Shown: positions 61,002 to 64,000 of the stretch, piece by piece | How the letters are laid out: each line of letters starts with the position of its first letter | How positions within the stretch are numbered: position 1 is the first letter of the stretch | Assembly (NCBI GenBank): GCA_965219095.1 | Contig: CBDCMT010000001.1 | Span: 2,112,001-2,176,000 of the forward strand | Length of the DNA stretch: 64,000 bases | From: Bdellovibrionales bacterium | GTDB lineage: Bacteria > Bdellovibrionota > Bdellovibrionia > Bdellovibrionales > UBA1609 | Direction: 5' to 3' | Position numbers and translations under genes: made by a program | The notes under the pieces: generated by a model | Told to the model about the DNA's origin: nothing | The model's database searches: none | The model's input: the letters and a program-made list of their open reading frames with translations, nothing else

Positions 61002-62533
61002 GTAACTGCTCACCTACATTGTTCAGTTATCCTTAACTTTAGACCTATTTTAAGATAAAAGTCTTGCTCTTACAGATTTTCTTTTAAATACTTTTTTCAA
61101 ATGACAATAAATAAGACCTCCATCAGAAATGAGATTGAAAATATAAGAAGTGACTTTGATAAGTTTGCAAAGAAAGGTTCTGTGCCTACTGAGATTTCTG
61201 TGGTTTTTGAATCTCTCTTTAAGGTTGTGAACATTCTGATTGCTGTGCTTTTAGAAAAACAGGTTCGAAAAAATTCCAGCAACAGCGGTCTTCCTCCTTC
61301 GCAAGATTTTAGTCGTCAAGGGAATCGTAATAAGAAAGCTAGTGGGAGTCAAAAAAAGGGCTCTAGACTTGATAACAGTAAAGATACAAACAGTGAGGAG
61401 ACTGTCTTTCCCTCAGAGTGTTCTCAGTGTGGGATGTTTTTAAAGACAGCAGAGGTAAAAAGCCTTGAGAAGCGTAAAAAGATTGATATTTTTTATGAAA
61501 TTCAGACCCATACTGTAACTTCTGAAGTTAAGGATTGTCCCTCATGTGGAGCTAGAAATAAAGGTCAATTCCCTAAAGGTATGAGTGGTCCTCTTCAGTA
61601 TGGTATAGGCATTAGAGCTTCCATCATCAATTTCATTATAGTTCAGATGCTGTCTTTTCAACGTGTTGGGGAACATTACATGGGGCTTATAGGTCGAATG
61701 ATTTCTCCTGCAGTTATGTTGAGATACATTGCTGAATTAGGAGAGTTTCTTAAAAGTTGGGAAGAGCAGATGAAAGAAAAGATACTTGAATCAGAGGTCA
61801 TTCATGTTGATGAGACCTCTATGAGGGTTAAGGGTAAAAACTACTGGATTCATACTTATAGTTCAGGAGAATTAGTCTTGCAGTTTCTCCACCTTTCAGG
61901 TGGAAGGGAAGCCATAAAAGATATTGGTCTCTTGGATAGATATGGAGGAGTGCTTGTGCATGATTGTTGGAGTCCTTACTTTTGTTATGATAAGATAACT
62001 CATGCTTTGTGTGTGGCTCACCTTTTGAGAGAGCTTAAATTTATAGAAGAAAGCAATGGATTCAAATGGGCTACAAATCTCAAAAAACTTCTTAAAGAGA
62101 CTGTGGAGTTAGTTCATAAAAAAGAGTCAAGAGTTCTGACTCAAAAAGAGTACGAAACTCTTCAGAGAAGGTATAGGAGTATTCTTACAAAAGGCTTAAA
62201 AGAGCTTCCAGAATTTCCTAAGAAAAATGGCAAGAAAGGACGAATAAAGCATACACAAGCTCAAAACCTTTGGCTGCGATTTAAAAAGTATGAAGCAGAA
62301 ATACTGTGCTTTGCTAAAAGAAAGAACGTAGATCCTACTAATAACAGAGCTGAAAGAGATCTAAGAATGACTAAAGTGAAAAAGAAAGTGTCAGGGTGTT
62401 TCAGAACAGAAGAAATGGCGAAATATTTTTGTCGTATTACCAGCTATGTTAAAACAATGAGAAATAGAGGGTATTCTTCTTTAGAAGCCATCTCTATGGC
62501 TTTAAATAAAAACTTACGAGAGTGAGCAGTTAT
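61002..62533 (+). mobile_element. IS66-A copy 3, TSD AATATTTT
   Basis: GTAACTGCTCAC...GTGAGCAGTTAT; TSD at 60994-61001 and 62534-62541. Confidence 0.95.
61101..62525 (+). CDS. IS66 family transposase (intact, 474 aa, ISBst12-like single ORF)
   Basis: NSSNSGLPPS, CSQC/CPSC, HVDETS, LVHD, CVAHLLREL, TNNRAERDLR. Confidence 0.94.
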   Translation: MTINKTSIRNEIENIRSDFDKFAKKGSVPTEISVVFESLFKVVNILIAVLLEKQVRKNSSNSGLPPSQDFSRQGNRNKKASGSQKKGSRLDNSKDTNSEETVFPSECSQCGMFLKTAEVKSLEKRKKIDIFYEIQTHTVTSEVKDCPSCGARNKGQFPKGMSGPLQYGIGIRASIINFIIVQMLSFQRVGEHYMGLIGRMISPAVMLRYIAELGEFLKSWEEQMKEKILESEVIHVDETSMRVKGKNYWIHTYSSGELVLQFLHLSGGREAIKDIGLLDRYGGVLVHDCWSPYFCYDKITHALCVAHLLRELKFIEESNGFKWATNLKKLLKETVELVHKKESRVLTQKEYETLQRRYRSILTKGLKELPEFPKKNGKKGRIKHTQAQNLWLRFKKYEAEILCFAKRKNVDPTNNRAERDLRMTKVKKKVSGCFRTEEMAKYFCRITSYVKTMRNRGYSSLEAISMALNKNLRE

Positions 62534-63761
62534 AATATTTTTAGATATCTCATCTAAGTGAATTTGCATCATCCCTGAATTACATTCCGGTAAAATCCAA
62601 GCACAGCCTTTATTTCTATCCGGACAAACTGCTCCAAAAATATAAGTGGATAAAAATTGTCTTTGCCTCACAACTCTAGGCCGTGTGCCTTTTCTTGCCC
62701 AAATCCTGCTCAAAGAACCTTGCTGAGCTTATTCTGCATTCATCCTGCCACCAAATCTCTATTTTATGAGTCTGAATCTTTTCTTTTATTTTCTCCACCT
62801 CTTCTGGAAAATGTTCCTTAAACTGTTCCATAGCTTCTTAATGAACTTTTAGGATGAAGAGAACGACCACTGATCCATACAATATTAAGGCGGTCTAAAG
62901 AAACATAAACCCCAGAAAGAGAATAGCAACAGTCAAATTCATCTGCTAAAAGTTTCTGTATTCCCTTTGCTCCTATGCTTCCTCCCTCTCTTTTGTCTTG
63001 AATTTCATCTAACTTGATTTTGAACCTCTCTTCTTCTGTTACTGGCAAACGAGGCTTGCGTCCTCTGCCTTCTCGATCTATCAATCCCTCGTAATCAAAG
63101 TCTACAAAAAAAGACTGTAACCAGGATTTGATACTGTGACGGTGATACAAAACCATACCTGCTGTTTCTTGAATCGATTTTCCTTCTTGCATATGCTGCA
63201 AAGCCAATAATTTTGTCTTGATGTTGGCACTTCTTTCTACTTTGTAAGTAGCCAGAAAATCATACCCTTGAATCTGTGTAACTAAATCTTTTTTCGACAT
63301 GACTCTAAAAATTTAACAGAGTTTTATCAAAAAGCCAGGACGCAATGAGTTAAAAAAATGTCGAATTAATTTTTGGAAATGGTATAACTTCCGTCGATGG
63401 ACACCCGCTCTGTATCAACTTCTTCTTGTAAAGTAAAAAAAAATCATTCCATAACCCTTTTTGTACCCACCTATTAAAGCGATTATATGCTCTCTTCCAA
63501 GGACAGAACTGTTCAGGAATATCACGCCACGGACTGCCTGTACGTAATTTCCATAAAATTGCTTCCATAACATTTCTATTGTTTGCTGAATGATAACAGC
63601 CTTTCTCTCTTATAATAGCTTCCAGATCCTTCCACATAGAATCTGTTAAAACTTTTCTTAACATAACACCTCCCTTTGTTATGAGCTTTTTACAATCTTT
63701 ATAAATATTCAACACGGCTAAGGTCTTGAAAAAGGTCTAGGCAAATAAGGACATGCCCTAG

Positions 63762-63912
63762 AAGAACTTCTCTAATACTTTTGTAACGGGGAAGGCCTTA
63801 GAAAAACGTCTTACAGGCTCGTTTTACAACAAGATCAATAAAAACTTCTCCTTTAAAATCTAAGAAATATTTCCCTCGTAGGAGTCAAGGGCTGTTAAGA
63901 AACCCGACTTAC
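63762..63912 (+). mobile_element. IS66-B right-end remnant
   Basis: Matches 44053-44203; ends CCCGACTTAC followed by TCTTAAAC. Confidence 0.88.
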
Positions 63913-64000
63913 TCTTAAACAATTAAATGAAATATGAGAAAATTTTAGGAATACCTACAGATATGGAGATAGAATCCTTAAAAAAAGTAAAAACAGCACC

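Larger units (their letters stand above)
60431..63384 (-). mobile_element. IS630-B copy 4, TSD TAA, interrupted by IS66-A
   Basis: TAA at 60428-60430 and 63385-63387. Confidence 0.93.
60393..63758 (-). mobile_element. IS5 (IS427-like) copy 3, 3'-truncated, interrupted by IS630-B
   Basis: 60393-60430 and 63385-63758 match 18364-18773. Confidence 0.88.

Overview
AT-rich bacterial chromosomal segment. Gene content and order (lptC-lptB-rpoN-hpf, hppD-hmgA, mevalonate kinase, FQNC-type lipoprotein) suggest Bdellovibrionota/Oligoflexia, but this is inference only. Intact housekeeping blocks alternate with dense nested piles of insertion sequences: two IS630 types, two IS66 types, ISL3, two IS1634 types, IS5 (IS427- and IS903-like), IS982, an IS30 relic and several MITEs. 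No rRNA, tRNA or CRISPR array was seen. Main observations: (1) a 21.8-kb gene block (42155-63912) bounded by IS66 left and right ends that share an 8-bp TSD; (2) an IS630-family element that duplicates 3 bp (TAA/TTA) instead of TA, shown by an empty site in the window, and whose complete copies all share two +1 frameshifts; (3) a three-way-junction structure in a long non-coding ISL3 leader; (4) recurrent 48-bp mini-ISL3 palindromes at deletion junctions; (5) an Hhe-like DUF4011 helicase-nuclease followed 1 nt downstream by a shattered Schlafen/AlbA_2-wHTH gene missed by the ORF track; (6) an inverted, diverged lolE-mvk partial copy; (7) a probable catalytically dead M36/M4-like lipoprotein.
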